Notes: generated by a model from the sequence alone, not told the origin. Positions 26,870-36,090 are shown, numbered from the stretch's first letter. The stretch: DNA of 49,280 bases from an uncultured Ruminococcus sp. (GCA_902761695.1 CACWLT010000001.1:1-49280), one strand, 5' to 3'. Program-made: numbers and translations.

Positions 26870-29209
26870 ATGACGGACAGAACCATCATCGGACAGCGCA
26901 TCGCGGAGCTGAGAAAGCAGAAGGGACTGACCCAGGCGGAGCTGGCGGACATGCTGGGCGTCACCCATCAGGCCGTGTCCCAGTGGGAACGCAGCGAGAC
27001 TCTGCCGGACATTCTGACCCTGCCCCGGATCGCGGAGATCTTCGGGGAGAACATCAACGCCATCCTGGGCCTTGAGGAAACCAAAACCGCGGAGGAGGGG
27101 CCCGTGCCCGCAGAAACCGAAGCACGGCAGGAGGACGGCGCGGCGGGTGAGGATATACCCCCGGAGGCCGCCTTTCCCGCCGGAGAGGAGACGTTTCCGG
27201 GCGAAGGGAAAGCCGAAGAAAAAGAAGAGAGCGGCGGAGATAACCCTCTCCATATCGATATCCCTCCGATCCCCGTCCCCGGCATGGGCGACCTCCCGAC
27301 CCCGCCGGTACAGGACAGGGAAGGCGCGGTGAACGCGGAGGATCTCAAGAAGGCGATGGCGGAGGCGGCGGACATGGCCCGTCAGCGTCAGGCAGCCATG
27401 AAGGCCTCCCTGAAGGACAAGGCGGAGGAATACCGGCGGATGGGCGAGGCAATGCGGCGTCAGGCGGCGGATATCGCGGAAAAGGCCCGCGCGGACGCGG
27501 CAAAGATGCGGGAAGAGGCAGCCAAAGCCAGGGACACCGCCCGTACCGAGGCCGCAAAAAAGCTGGAGGAAGCCATAGCGGAACGGAAGCGGAAGGAGGA
27601 AGAGCTGCGCGGCTGGGCGGAGGAATTTGACACCATGGGGAAGAGCCTCGAGGAGGAGGTCCGCACCCTGGAACCGGAATCTGACCGCATGGCCCCGGGA
27701 ATCGAATCGATGGAAGCGGAGCTTGACCGCATGAACCGGGAAATCGGGGCAATGGAGCCCCAATTCGACCGTATGGCCCGGGAGGCGGAGGAGACCGTTA
27801 CGAGGGAAATGGCGGCGCATACGGCGGCGGGAGAGAGCGGCGAGCACTTCCATGTGAACCCGGACGGCTGGTCCCTGCCCGCGTCGGAGGTTCAGTTCGA
27901 TTTCGGCGGGGAGGACGGGGAGTACGAGATCTGCTTCGTGAAGGACGGGAAGATCGTCACCTCCTTCACCGGCAATCCCGCTCATTTCGTCCACATCCAC
28001 GTGCACGGCGTGGGCGGCTCCCTGCGTTCCGAGCTGTCCGTGACCGTGGAGGGCGACGTGAACGGCAAGGCAGTCAGCGGACTGGACATGCTGGTGCGCG
28101 GAAACGTCAACGGTCCCGCCCAGGCCGGTCTGAACCTCACCTGCGGCGATGTCTGCGGAAACGCTAACGCCGGGCTGGAGCTGAAATGCGGCGCGGTGTC
28201 CGGGGAGAAATCTGCCGGAATCGGCGTGTCGGAGAACGGCGATGGGCATGAAAACGACGGCGCCAATGTGACCATCAACGGCGACTACTGCGGCGAGCTC
28301 TCCACGGCGGCCTCCGTGACGGTCAACGGCAATGTGGAGGGCAGCGTGTTCTCCTCCTCCGGCGTGCAGGTCAGCGGCAATGTGGAAGGCGACGTCACGG
28401 CGGACGGCACGGTCAGCATCGAGGGAGACGTTTCCGGCGACGTCACCGCGGCGGTGGATCTGACCGTGGACGGCGATGTGGACGGCGACGCCTCCGCCGG
28501 AAGGGATCTGACCGTGGACGGCGACGTGGACGGGGACGCCTCGGCCGAGGGCAATCTCCGCGTGGACGGCGACGTGGACGGGGATGCCTCCTGCGGCGGG
28601 GATCTGACCGTGGGCGGCAGCGTCTCCGGCGATTTCAGCCGCGCCGTAACGGCCAAAATCATGAACGCGGGGACCGGGAACGGCGACTCGGAGGTTCATA
28701 TCGACGGCGACTACGACGGGGATCTCTCCGGGGTGAACACTGTCATCGTGTCCGGCGACATCAACGGCGACGTGGCGGGCGCGCAGTCCGTCAGCGTGGG
28801 CGGCGACCTCAACGGGGAGATCAGCACCCAGGGCGATCTCAACCTGAGCGTAGGAGGCAGCGTCAGCGGAGATATCTCCTCCCGCAGCGGCACCGTCACC
28901 GTCGGCGGCGATGTGGGTGGAGATCTCAATGCGGGCGGAGCCGTAAACGCGGGCGGCAATGTCGGCGGTGACCTCAACGCGGGCGGTTCGGCCTCCGTGG
29001 GCGGAGAGGTCGGCGGCGATCTGGAAGCCGGACGGGACGTAAACGTAGGCGGCGATGTGAACGGCGAGGTGAACGCGGGCGGCAAGGTGTCCGTCACGGG
29101 CAGCGTCAGCGGGGATATCGACGCGGGCAGCACCGTCACCGTGGAAGGCGACGTGAACGGAGACATCGACGCCCAGAAGGTCATTGTCAGAGGAAAATAC
29201 GAGGAATGA
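26870..29209 (+). CDS. XRE-family HTH protein fused to an acidic linker, a long coiled coil and a C-terminal beta-helix-like G-D-V-x-G repeat region (bactofilin/DUF4097-like)
   Basis: ORF 26774..29209. ATG 26870 lies 7 nt after GAGGAG. The HTH is IIGQRIAELRKQKGLTQAELADMLGVTHQAVSQWERSE. The Ala/Glu/Arg-rich helical region spans roughly aa 150-330. From about aa 380 to the end there are dozens of GDVNG/GDVDG/GDLNG/GSVSG repeats. No transmembrane segment or signal peptide. Confidence 0.8.
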   Translation: MTDRTIIGQRIAELRKQKGLTQAELADMLGVTHQAVSQWERSETLPDILTLPRIAEIFGENINAILGLEETKTAEEGPVPAETEARQEDGAAGEDIPPEAAFPAGEETFPGEGKAEEKEESGGDNPLHIDIPPIPVPGMGDLPTPPVQDREGAVNAEDLKKAMAEAADMARQRQAAMKASLKDKAEEYRRMGEAMRRQAADIAEKARADAAKMREEAAKARDTARTEAAKKLEEAIAERKRKEEELRGWAEEFDTMGKSLEEEVRTLEPESDRMAPGIESMEAELDRMNREIGAMEPQFDRMAREAEETVTREMAAHTAAGESGEHFHVNPDGWSLPASEVQFDFGGEDGEYEICFVKDGKIVTSFTGNPAHFVHIHVHGVGGSLRSELSVTVEGDVNGKAVSGLDMLVRGNVNGPAQAGLNLTCGDVCGNANAGLELKCGAVSGEKSAGIGVSENGDGHENDGANVTINGDYCGELSTAASVTVNGNVEGSVFSSSGVQVSGNVEGDVTADGTVSIEGDVSGDVTAAVDLTVDGDVDGDASAGRDLTVDGDVDGDASAEGNLRVDGDVDGDASCGGDLTVGGSVSGDFSRAVTAKIMNAGTGNGDSEVHIDGDYDGDLSGVNTVIVSGDINGDVAGAQSVSVGGDLNGEISTQGDLNLSVGGSVSGDISSRSGTVTVGGDVGGDLNAGGAVNAGGNVGGDLNAGGSASVGGEVGGDLEAGRDVNVGGDVNGEVNAGGKVSVTGSVSGDIDAGSTVTVEGDVNGDIDAQKVIVRGKYEE
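28457..28600 (+). repeat. Three tandem 48-nt (16-aa) coding repeats within the HTH repeat protein
   Basis: Units 28457-28504, 28505-28552 and 28553-28600 encode DLTVDGDVDGDASAGR / DLTVDGDVDGDASAEG / NLRVDGDVDGDASCGG. Confidence 0.85.
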
Positions 29210-29277
29210 CGGCCCCGCTGAGACGATTTCCGGTATCCGAATGCCGGTGTTCGGCACGCTGTCTCAGCACAAAAAGC

Positions 29278-29316
29278 GCCGGGCAGGGAATTTCGTCTTC
29301 CCTGTCCGGCTGTTTT
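29278..29316 (+). terminator. Rho-independent terminator after the HTH repeat protein gene
   Basis: GCCGGGCAGGG (29278-29288) pairs with CCCTGTCCGGC (29300-29310, one G-T pair), followed by TGTTTT. Confidence 0.6.
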
Positions 29317-29410
29317 CCATAATGTAAAAATAATCGTTCCATCAATGGGCCTTAACCGGTTCTGACCGCACTGCACGGCGGCCGGAGCCTTTTTTATACC
29401 CGGAAAGCCG

Positions 29411-30607
29411 TCACGCCCACTCCACCCGGATCACCGGAGGCTCGTCCGGGATCTCGTCCGCCGGGATATCCGCAATGGACCACACCTGCCGCCGGGCCAC
29501 GTGGTCCGGGTCCATAAGGGTGGGCAGGGTTCCGTACCGGAGAGTCAGCGCAGCGCCGTTGTTCAGAAGCGTGGCCCGGGCGGGCGTCGGGAGGTCCTCG
29601 TCGAGGAAGGTGAGGGCCGTGGTGTCAAGACCCCGCCAGAAGTGGAAATAGGTGCTCCCGCCGCGCTCCGTGACGATGCAGGGTTCGCGTCCCCGGAGCG
29701 TATAGGTCCGGGCGGGGGCCTCCGTGTTCTCCAGGCCCTCTGCGGCGCGGCGGTACCAGCGTCCGATGCGGCGGAGCAGCTCCCGGGATTTCTCCGGAAT
29801 GACGCCCTCCGCCGTGGGTCCCGCGTTCAGAAGATAGCTGCCGCCCATGGCCATGATCTTGTCCACGGAGGACATGAGATGGCGGGCCGTGAAATAGTCC
29901 TCTTCGGCTCGGTATCCCCAGCTCTCCGCTCCCACGGACTGGCAGGCCTCGGTCATGGCGGTGAACCGGTCGCCCTCCGGAACCGTCCGCTCGGGGGTGG
30001 CGAAATCCCCCCGGTCAAAGCCCCGGTCGTTGATGAGAATGCCGGGCTGGAGGGACCGCACCAGCGCGTTGACGGAGGGATCCCCGATCTGCGGTGGGAT
30101 ATCCCAGAAGAAGGAATAGATCTTCCCGTACCCCGTCAGAAGCTCCCGCACCTGGGCCTTGACGAAAGCGATATAGGCCGCCATGTCCGGATGGCCGGGG
30201 TCCTTCGCCTTCCACTGATGGGAGGACAGGGGATTATAGGCGGCGGGGTGATGCCAGTCGGGGATGGAATAATAGATCGACAGATCCATCCCGTGCTTTG
30301 CGCAGGCTTCGGCCAGCATATAGAGGGTATCCCGGCCGTAGGGGGTGTGCATAACGTTGTAGTCGGTCTGCTTCGTATCCCAGAGGCAGAAGCCGTCGTG
30401 GTGCTTGGCGGTGAAGCAGATATAGCGCATCCCGGCCTCCGCCGCCAGCCGCACCCATTCGTCCGGATCGTACAGCACGGGATTGAACTGACCGGCCAGC
30501 GCTTCGTAGTCCTCGTGGCGCCAGTCTCCCCGGGCCAGCACCTGCTCGTGGACGGCGGGGATAGCGTACAGTCCCCAGTGGATAAACATGCCGAATCGGT
30601 TTTGCAT
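29411..30607 (-). CDS. alpha-L-fucosidase, glycoside hydrolase family 29 (second copy)
   Basis: 398 aa with RBS GAAGGAGG. FGMFIHWGLYA and TAKHHDGFCLWDT motifs. No signal peptide. Confidence 0.9.
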   Translation of the reverse strand: MQNRFGMFIHWGLYAIPAVHEQVLARGDWRHEDYEALAGQFNPVLYDPDEWVRLAAEAGMRYICFTAKHHDGFCLWDTKQTDYNVMHTPYGRDTLYMLAEACAKHGMDLSIYYSIPDWHHPAAYNPLSSHQWKAKDPGHPDMAAYIAFVKAQVRELLTGYGKIYSFFWDIPPQIGDPSVNALVRSLQPGILINDRGFDRGDFATPERTVPEGDRFTAMTEACQSVGAESWGYRAEEDYFTARHLMSSVDKIMAMGGSYLLNAGPTAEGVIPEKSRELLRRIGRWYRRAAEGLENTEAPARTYTLRGREPCIVTERGGSTYFHFWRGLDTTALTFLDEDLPTPARATLLNNGAALTLRYGTLPTLMDPDHVARRQVWSIADIPADEIPDEPPVIRVEWA

Positions 30608-30729
30608 AGCGGTCCTCCTTCAGGGCGCATCTCTCACGGCGATTATACCACATCCGGCCGGGGATGTAAACCGGGGCCGGGAAAAAGGCGGAGCGGGGCG
30701 CGTCCTTTGTCACATCCTGTCGGATATGC

Positions 30730-30758
30730 TTGATTTTCGCCGGAACGTATGTTATAAT
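30730..30758 (+). promoter_or_regulatory. sigmaA promoter of the exbB/exbD-like operon
   Basis: -35 TTGATT 30730-30735, 17-nt spacer, -10 TATAAT 30753-30758. Confidence 0.6.
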
Positions 30759-30790
30759 GAAGCCGTCCATCAACGGAGCGGAGGGAGCAC

Positions 30791-31282
30791 ATGGGATTTA
30801 TCGAAAAAATGCTGAAAAGCGCGGGCTCCGACTGGTACATCTTCGCGGCGGCGCTTCTGGCCCTGGTCTGCCTCGTCATCGTGCGGAACGAGAACCGCAG
30901 CGTGGAGGAGGAATTCGACACCTGGAAAAGCGAAAACCACTACTCCCGGTACAAATACAAGCGGCTGACCAATTTCTATTCTCTCTTCCTGACGCTGATC
31001 ACCATCTTTCCCCTCCTCGGCATGCTGGGGACGGTCTTCGCCCTCCTCCAGCTGGATTTCACCGGGGACGCGGCGCTGGCTGTGGCCAAAAGCAGCTTCT
31101 TTGACGCCCTGACCTCCACGGCCTGGGGCATCATCTTCGCCCTGATCTTCAAGCTGGCCAACGCCTTCATTTCCACCTCCGTCAGCGACAACATCGAAAA
31201 GGTGTCCGCTCTGATCGACGGGAAGGCGGAAAACATCGACCTGAAGCAGGAAAAGGCAAAGAAGAGAAAGGGACGCGCATGA
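30791..31282 (+). CDS. MotA/TolQ/ExbB-family proton-channel protein (short, 163 aa)
   Basis: RBS GGAGGGAG. Three hydrophobic segments. FPLLGMLGTVFALL and TSTAWGIIFALIFKLANAF resemble the conserved ExbB/TolQ C-terminal core. Confidence 0.7.
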   Translation: MGFIEKMLKSAGSDWYIFAAALLALVCLVIVRNENRSVEEEFDTWKSENHYSRYKYKRLTNFYSLFLTLITIFPLLGMLGTVFALLQLDFTGDAALAVAKSSFFDALTSTAWGIIFALIFKLANAFISTSVSDNIEKVSALIDGKAENIDLKQEKAKKRKGRA

Positions 31283-31857
31283 AATACCGGGACACGCCCC
31301 TGGACTTCACCTCCCTTCTGGACATCGTGCTGATCATCCTGTTCTTCTTCGTGCTGTACGGCTCCTTCGACGCGGGCCGGGCGGAGGAGGAGGCGCAGGC
31401 AGCGCGGGCGGAATACGAGGAAAAGCTGGCGGACCTGGACGCGGAACAGAATCGTCTTGACGCGGAGCGGGACCGGATGGATGCGGAATGGGACCGGCTC
31501 GCGGGGCTGGACAAGAACGCGGCGGGCAATCAGCGGGCGCTGGAGGCCTTCGGACGGGGGGATTCCCTCTCCCTCATTCTCATGAAGGAGGATGACTCCC
31601 CCGACTGGACCCTGAACGCCGTGCGGGGAGAGAATCCCGTGGGGCAGATCATACCCGGGGAGGAGATCTCCGAGGCCGTCCCCGCGCTGCTCCGTGCTCT
31701 CGGGCTGACCGACGGCGACACGGCGCTCGTCACGTTCGTCTACGACGGGAGCGTTCTCGGCACCCATCTCATCTGCCAGAACGTCCTCTCCGGGCTGGAG
31801 AAGGCCCAGGCGGCATGGGGCAATCTGTACGTAAATACCATCAATATATCAAGGTGA
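31279..31857 (+). CDS. ExbD/TolR-like protein with inserted coiled coil
   Basis: ATGA overlap with the upstream gene. N-terminus PLDFTSLLDIVLIILFFFVLYG is the ExbD/TolR TM signature, followed by an Ala/Glu/Asp/Arg-rich helix and a small C-terminal domain. Confidence 0.65.
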   Translation: MKYRDTPLDFTSLLDIVLIILFFFVLYGSFDAGRAEEEAQAARAEYEEKLADLDAEQNRLDAERDRMDAEWDRLAGLDKNAAGNQRALEAFGRGDSLSLILMKEDDSPDWTLNAVRGENPVGQIIPGEEISEAVPALLRALGLTDGDTALVTFVYDGSVLGTHLICQNVLSGLEKAQAAWGNLYVNTINISR

Positions 31858-31867
31858 GGTGCTTCCT

Positions 31868-32290
31868 ATGAGCGAAGAGAACGGAAAGAAAAGAGGCGGC
31901 GGCGGACGGGTTGCCGCAGGCGTGGGCGGAGCGGCTGCCGTTCTGGCTCTGCTCTATTTCGGCGCGGGTCATTTCGGCCTGGGCCCCGGAAACGGATTCG
32001 GCCTGATAAACGACGCGAAGCCCGCCGGGGAAACCACGGTCGAAGAGGAGCAGCCGTCGGTCACCGTGGCGGTGGGAATCGAGATCCGCGTGCAGGGCCG
32101 GGAGTACAACTACAACAACGTGACCTACGGCAACGCGGAGCATTCTCTGGAGGATCTGACGGCGGAGCTGGGTTCCCTTCCATCCGGCACGCCCGTCACC
32201 CTGATCGTGGAGGACAACGCGGCCAAGAACGCCGTGGATGATCTGCGCGACGCCCTGACCGCCGCGGGATTCACGGATATACGGGAATAA
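31868..32290 (+). CDS. single-pass membrane protein with ExbD-like C-terminal domain
   Basis: ATG 31868 lies 8 nt after GGTGAGG (the track uses GTG 31859). TM segment VAAGVGGAAAVLALLYFGAG. The C-terminus ...PVTLIVEDNAAKNAVDDLRDALTAAGFTD resembles the ExbD periplasmic domain. Confidence 0.5.
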   Translation: MSEENGKKRGGGGRVAAGVGGAAAVLALLYFGAGHFGLGPGNGFGLINDAKPAGETTVEEEQPSVTVAVGIEIRVQGREYNYNNVTYGNAEHSLEDLTAELGSLPSGTPVTLIVEDNAAKNAVDDLRDALTAAGFTDIRE

Positions 32291-32308
32291 TACCCCCGCC
32301 ATAAAACA

Positions 32309-32345
32309 GACTGACGCCCGGTGAAGAACGTCAGTCGTTTTTTTA
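32309..32345 (+). terminator. Rho-independent terminator of the exbB/exbD-like operon
   Basis: GACTGACG (32309-32316) pairs with CGTCAGTC (32329-32336), followed by GTTTTTTTA. Confidence 0.75.
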
Positions 32346-32367
32346 TATTCTGTCCGCTTTCCCGCCG

Positions 32368-34848
32368 TCAGTCCTCGAACAGGCTCCGGACGGCCAGAAC
32401 CAGAAACATGTAGTGGGAGGATCCGCCGCCCATGACATATTCCGTCTGCTGCCACAGGAAGGGGAATTCCAGAAGCTCGGGCAGGTCGGGGCGGATCAGG
32501 GCGGTCCCGGACACCACGCCGCCGGGGATGTAGGACCAGTCCGCCCGGTTGGCTCCGTAAGCGGTTGTGGCGGAGACGGCCCCCACCCCGGAGGCAAAGG
32601 ACGCGGTGTTCTCCCCCGGATGACAGCCCAGGATGAAGTTCAGGGCATTGCACAGAAGCTCCGGTCCGAAGAGCTCCGGGAAGGCCCGGTACAGGAAGTA
32701 GTGGCGGAAGGCCTGGCTCTGGATGTCCCAGCCCGCGCCCCAGATGTGGGGACGGTAGGGAATGCCGTAGGGAGTCTCCGCGCTTCTCCTTTTCACGTCC
32801 TCCGCCACGGGAACAAGGGCCTCCCGGACGGCGGCGGAGAAGGTCTCGTCCCCGATGGCCGGGAGCGCTCTGGCCATGATCCAGCCCAGGGAGCCGATGT
32901 TTCTGCATACGGTTTCGGTCTGCTCCAGCAGGAAGGAGCGGTACAGTTCGCCGCCCGTGGTCAGATAGAGCTCGGCCGCCGCATGCAGCTTTGCGGTCAC
33001 AGCCCGGGACGCGTCGGTTTTCTCATACAGCTCTTCCGCAACCCGGAGGGCGTCGTCGGCCATGGCGTCATCGAAGCCCCGCATGACCCTCGCGCAGGCA
33101 GCCAGCTCCGCCGCCGTGGTCAGCTCTCTTGCGGGATTGTCCTCCGTGAAGACCCAGCGGTCGTCCCCGTTCCCGGCTTCGCCGTCGGTCATGGTCGAGG
33201 CGTCTCCCAGAAGAACGTACTGGCGCAGATCGGAGCAGATGATGCCCCGGTAAAGCCGCCCCAGAGCTTTGTACCCGCCGACGACGGTCAAGAGGCCGTG
33301 GGCGATCTGCTGAAGGATGTCGTTCTTGCCGTCGGGCTGGTGGATCTCCACGTTTTTCTTCTCTTCGTCAATGGCGGTGGCGTCGTAATCCACCCTGAAG
33401 GCCTCGTAGGTCAGGGCCAGGATGTACGCCTCCCCGGCCTGGGATTCCACCCGCAGATCGAAGTCCCCCGCGTCGTGCCATCCGCCCCGGTTCAGTCCGG
33501 GAACGGGATCGCCGGGCGCGTACTTCGTCAGGGTGGAGGGGCCCTGGGCGTAGCCGTCGATGTGATTGTAATTCACGGGAGCCATGCGGGCGTCGTCGTT
33601 GTGGCAGAGGCCGTGCCAGACCCGGTATTTCTCGCTGACCCGCATATGGCACATCTGCACGGGAAGGAAGTACTCCAGCACCGGCTGCCAGACGCCCCGG
33701 TCATAGACGTCCCGGGCGATGCGGAACACGGGCGTCTCCGATCCGCCGCATCTGAGACGGTAGAGCCCCTCGGTTTTCACGTCGGAGAAATCGAAGAGCA
33801 CATACCGGCTGCGCAGGAAGCGGCCCCACTCCGTCCCGCCGAGAACAGCGGCCTCCTCCTCCCCGCTCTCCCCGATCCGGCAGAGAACGGCCTCCCCGGT
33901 TTCCGTGTCCCGCCTGTCCAGCTCGCAGACCGCGATCTTCGGCTGATCCGGATGGTAGCCCACCTGGGAAATCTGGAGCACGGGAGGATGGATCCAGCTC
34001 TCTTCGGAATGGGGCGTGATGACCCAGCGGAGCTTTCCGGAGGCGGGCAGGGGGGAGGAGAGGACGAACCAGCCGTTGTTGTGGTTCATGCGCCCGTCGT
34101 AAAGGCGCAGCTCCGCGTCCTCCGATACCACCGTCATGCGGATCAGGGGATCCTCCGGGCAGAGGGTGAAGCGGTGTCCGGCGGCGTAGGGCACTGCCGT
34201 CAGCTCGTCCGCCGTCATGGGATTGTAGCCCGTCCCCTGCCCCGACAGACGGTCTGGATCGACGGTGAGGACGCCGTCCCGCAGGGGTTCCCGGATGCGG
34301 AGGGGATAGAGGGGATCCCGCGCCTCCACGGGTCCGTTCGGCTGACGGGGAAAGACGCCGGTTTTCTCATCCATGATCCAGGACATGCCGAAGAGGACCC
34401 CCGGGAACAGCTCCAGATTGAAGGAGAGCTTGCCGAGATATTCCGGCGGTACGGGCCGGTCGGTCTGGGCGTCCACCGTGACGGATTCCCCCTCTCCCGT
34501 TGTCGTGACGGTGTAGGAGAAGCGGAAGTCCGGGTAGATCATGGGGTTGAAGCCGGTCAGATGGCGGTCGGGATCCGGATAAATCATGGCGGCGGTGATG
34601 CTGTTGTCAGAGGGATCCTGAGTCCGTCCGGTCTTTTTCGGGACGGGCTGCCACTGGCCGGGGGCGGGCTCGAAGCGCAGGTCCCCGTTTGCGGCGATCC
34701 GCCTGCCGTGCATGATGACGCTGACGCCGGACTGATGGCCCTCCGGATAAAAGTCGTCGAAGGCCATGACCTCCACGCCCCCGCGCCGGAAATACCCGGT
34801 CTCCGGATCGAGGATGAAGGAAGGGAAACTCTTTTCGTTCGCCTGCAT
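32368..34848 (-). CDS. glycoside hydrolase family 9-like protein with N-terminal Ig-like region
   Basis: ORF 32368..34908. ATG 34848 follows AGGAGG. GGWHDAGDFDLRVESQ resembles the GH9 G-G-W-x-D-A-G-D signature. 826 aa, no signal peptide. Confidence 0.6.
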   Translation of the reverse strand: MQANEKSFPSFILDPETGYFRRGGVEVMAFDDFYPEGHQSGVSVIMHGRRIAANGDLRFEPAPGQWQPVPKKTGRTQDPSDNSITAAMIYPDPDRHLTGFNPMIYPDFRFSYTVTTTGEGESVTVDAQTDRPVPPEYLGKLSFNLELFPGVLFGMSWIMDEKTGVFPRQPNGPVEARDPLYPLRIREPLRDGVLTVDPDRLSGQGTGYNPMTADELTAVPYAAGHRFTLCPEDPLIRMTVVSEDAELRLYDGRMNHNNGWFVLSSPLPASGKLRWVITPHSEESWIHPPVLQISQVGYHPDQPKIAVCELDRRDTETGEAVLCRIGESGEEEAAVLGGTEWGRFLRSRYVLFDFSDVKTEGLYRLRCGGSETPVFRIARDVYDRGVWQPVLEYFLPVQMCHMRVSEKYRVWHGLCHNDDARMAPVNYNHIDGYAQGPSTLTKYAPGDPVPGLNRGGWHDAGDFDLRVESQAGEAYILALTYEAFRVDYDATAIDEEKKNVEIHQPDGKNDILQQIAHGLLTVVGGYKALGRLYRGIICSDLRQYVLLGDASTMTDGEAGNGDDRWVFTEDNPARELTTAAELAACARVMRGFDDAMADDALRVAEELYEKTDASRAVTAKLHAAAELYLTTGGELYRSFLLEQTETVCRNIGSLGWIMARALPAIGDETFSAAVREALVPVAEDVKRRSAETPYGIPYRPHIWGAGWDIQSQAFRHYFLYRAFPELFGPELLCNALNFILGCHPGENTASFASGVGAVSATTAYGANRADWSYIPGGVVSGTALIRPDLPELLEFPFLWQQTEYVMGGGSSHYMFLVLAVRSLFED

Positions 34849-34879
34849 GACGCGTCCTCCTTGTGATTCGGTTGATCCC

Positions 34880-34908
34880 ATTATAGCATGCCCCGCAGGT
34901 CGTGTCAA
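34880..34908 (-). promoter_or_regulatory. sigmaA promoter of the GH9-like gene
   Basis: Minus strand: -35 TTGACA (34908..34903), 17-nt spacer, -10 TATAAT (34885..34880). Confidence 0.65.
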
Positions 34909-34924
34909 TCCGCCCCGGCAAATG

Positions 34925-34952
34925 AAAAAGAGCCGCGTGAAACAGCTCTTTT
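34925..34952 (-). terminator. Weak terminator after the M28 peptidase gene
   Basis: AAAAAGAGC (34925-34933) pairs with GCTCTTTT (34945-34952). On the minus strand a T-run follows the stem. Confidence 0.4.
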
Positions 34953-34983
34953 CCCGTATGCGGAAGGCAATGTCCCTTATCCC

Positions 34984-35979
34984 TCACGCCTTCCCGCCGA
35001 AGGAACGGAAGATGGCCGGGGAGGAGAACAGGTCGGTCAGAAGCTCCAGGTTGCGGTCGTCGAAAACGGTGTCCTTCGCGGTGTGGATCTTATCCATATA
35101 GAGGCCTATCCGCTTCGACTCGTTGAGAGCGCAGACGGCGGCGGACACCTGGAAATTCGCCTGGTCGGAGGGATAGATGGTCCCCTTCTTCGGGCAGACC
35201 TCGCAGGTGCGGGAATCTCCGGCAAAAATCCGCTCCGCCTCCTCCCGCAGGACGGCGTAAACGGGCAGCCGCTCCGCCTTCTTCGAGAAGAGAACGAGGA
35301 TATGGCCGCCGTCTGATACGCAGTCGAGGTTCACGATCAGCCGGTTCTTCTTCACCTCGGGATGGGCGGCGGCATACCCGGCGGATCCCAGAAGGCCGTT
35401 CTCCTCGTTGTCGAAGAGGATGAAGGCCGCCCGCTCTCCCGCCAGCCGGTCCGCCAGGGTCAGCACGGCCACGGTGCCGGAGGTGTTGTCGTTGGCGGTG
35501 TGGGGATTGGGATGGTTGCCCATGAACACCCACAGCATGAAGACGATGCCCGCGATGAGGATCCCCTCCGTCAGCAGCAGTCCCCACAGGTCCGGCAGAT
35601 CGCGGGTCAGCCATGCCACAGCGAAGACCAGGGCAAAGAGCGGCACTACGAATAAAAGGGCCACGGCGATCTGGTACAGGAGAAAGAGGAACAGGTTCCT
35701 CGGGGTGATGAAGTTCGGAAAGGGCAGCCCGGCGCAGGTGTCGTAATGGGCGGTGTACACCACGTCGGCGGTCTCCGGATCCCCGATGACGATGTTGCGG
35801 CTCTTCACGAGGGATCCGCAGGTCTCCACCTTCATCCGGTCGCCGAAATGGTTTTTCAGCATGTCGATAAAGGCGGTCTTCTGCTCCTTCCGCTTCCGCA
35901 CCTCATAGGCGGGGAGGATGATGTTCTTCCAGGTGAGCCCGGAATCCCGGGGATTGTTCAGGCTGGTATCCTGCTGCAT
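34984..35979 (-). CDS. M28 family metallopeptidase with inserted transmembrane segments
   Basis: 331 aa. AHYDT, NDNTSGTVAVL and DNEENGLLGS match M28 zinc-ligand motifs. The hydrophobic insert is LFLFLLYQIAVALLFVVPLFALVFAVAWL. Confidence 0.7.
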   Translation of the reverse strand: MQQDTSLNNPRDSGLTWKNIILPAYEVRKRKEQKTAFIDMLKNHFGDRMKVETCGSLVKSRNIVIGDPETADVVYTAHYDTCAGLPFPNFITPRNLFLFLLYQIAVALLFVVPLFALVFAVAWLTRDLPDLWGLLLTEGILIAGIVFMLWVFMGNHPNPHTANDNTSGTVAVLTLADRLAGERAAFILFDNEENGLLGSAGYAAAHPEVKKNRLIVNLDCVSDGGHILVLFSKKAERLPVYAVLREEAERIFAGDSRTCEVCPKKGTIYPSDQANFQVSAAVCALNESKRIGLYMDKIHTAKDTVFDDRNLELLTDLFSSPAIFRSFGGKA

Positions 35980-36016
35980 CGGCGTTGTCGCTCCTTGTTT
36001 GATTCAGTCGGCCTTC

Positions 36017-36045
36017 ATTGTACACCGCCGCCCCGGATTTGTCAA
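36017..36045 (-). promoter_or_regulatory. sigmaA promoter of the M28 peptidase gene
   Basis: Minus strand: -35 TTGACA (36045..36040), 17-nt spacer, -10 TACAAT (36022..36017). Confidence 0.6.
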
Positions 36046-36054
36046 GCGGGAAGG

Positions 36055-36090
36055 AAAAACCGCCCTCTCCCGGGTTGGGGAAAGAGCGGT
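36055..36090 (-). terminator. Terminator after the beta-galactosidase gene
   Basis: Minus strand ACCGCTCT..loop..AGAGGGCGG followed by TTTTT (complement of 36055-36059). Confidence 0.45.

Noticed and set aside
28285-29180. Periodic nucleotide repeats that might be mistaken for a CRISPR array or VNTR
   Set aside because: The repeats are in-frame coding repeats of the HTH repeat protein. There are no constant repeat / unique spacer units of CRISPR type, and no cas genes.
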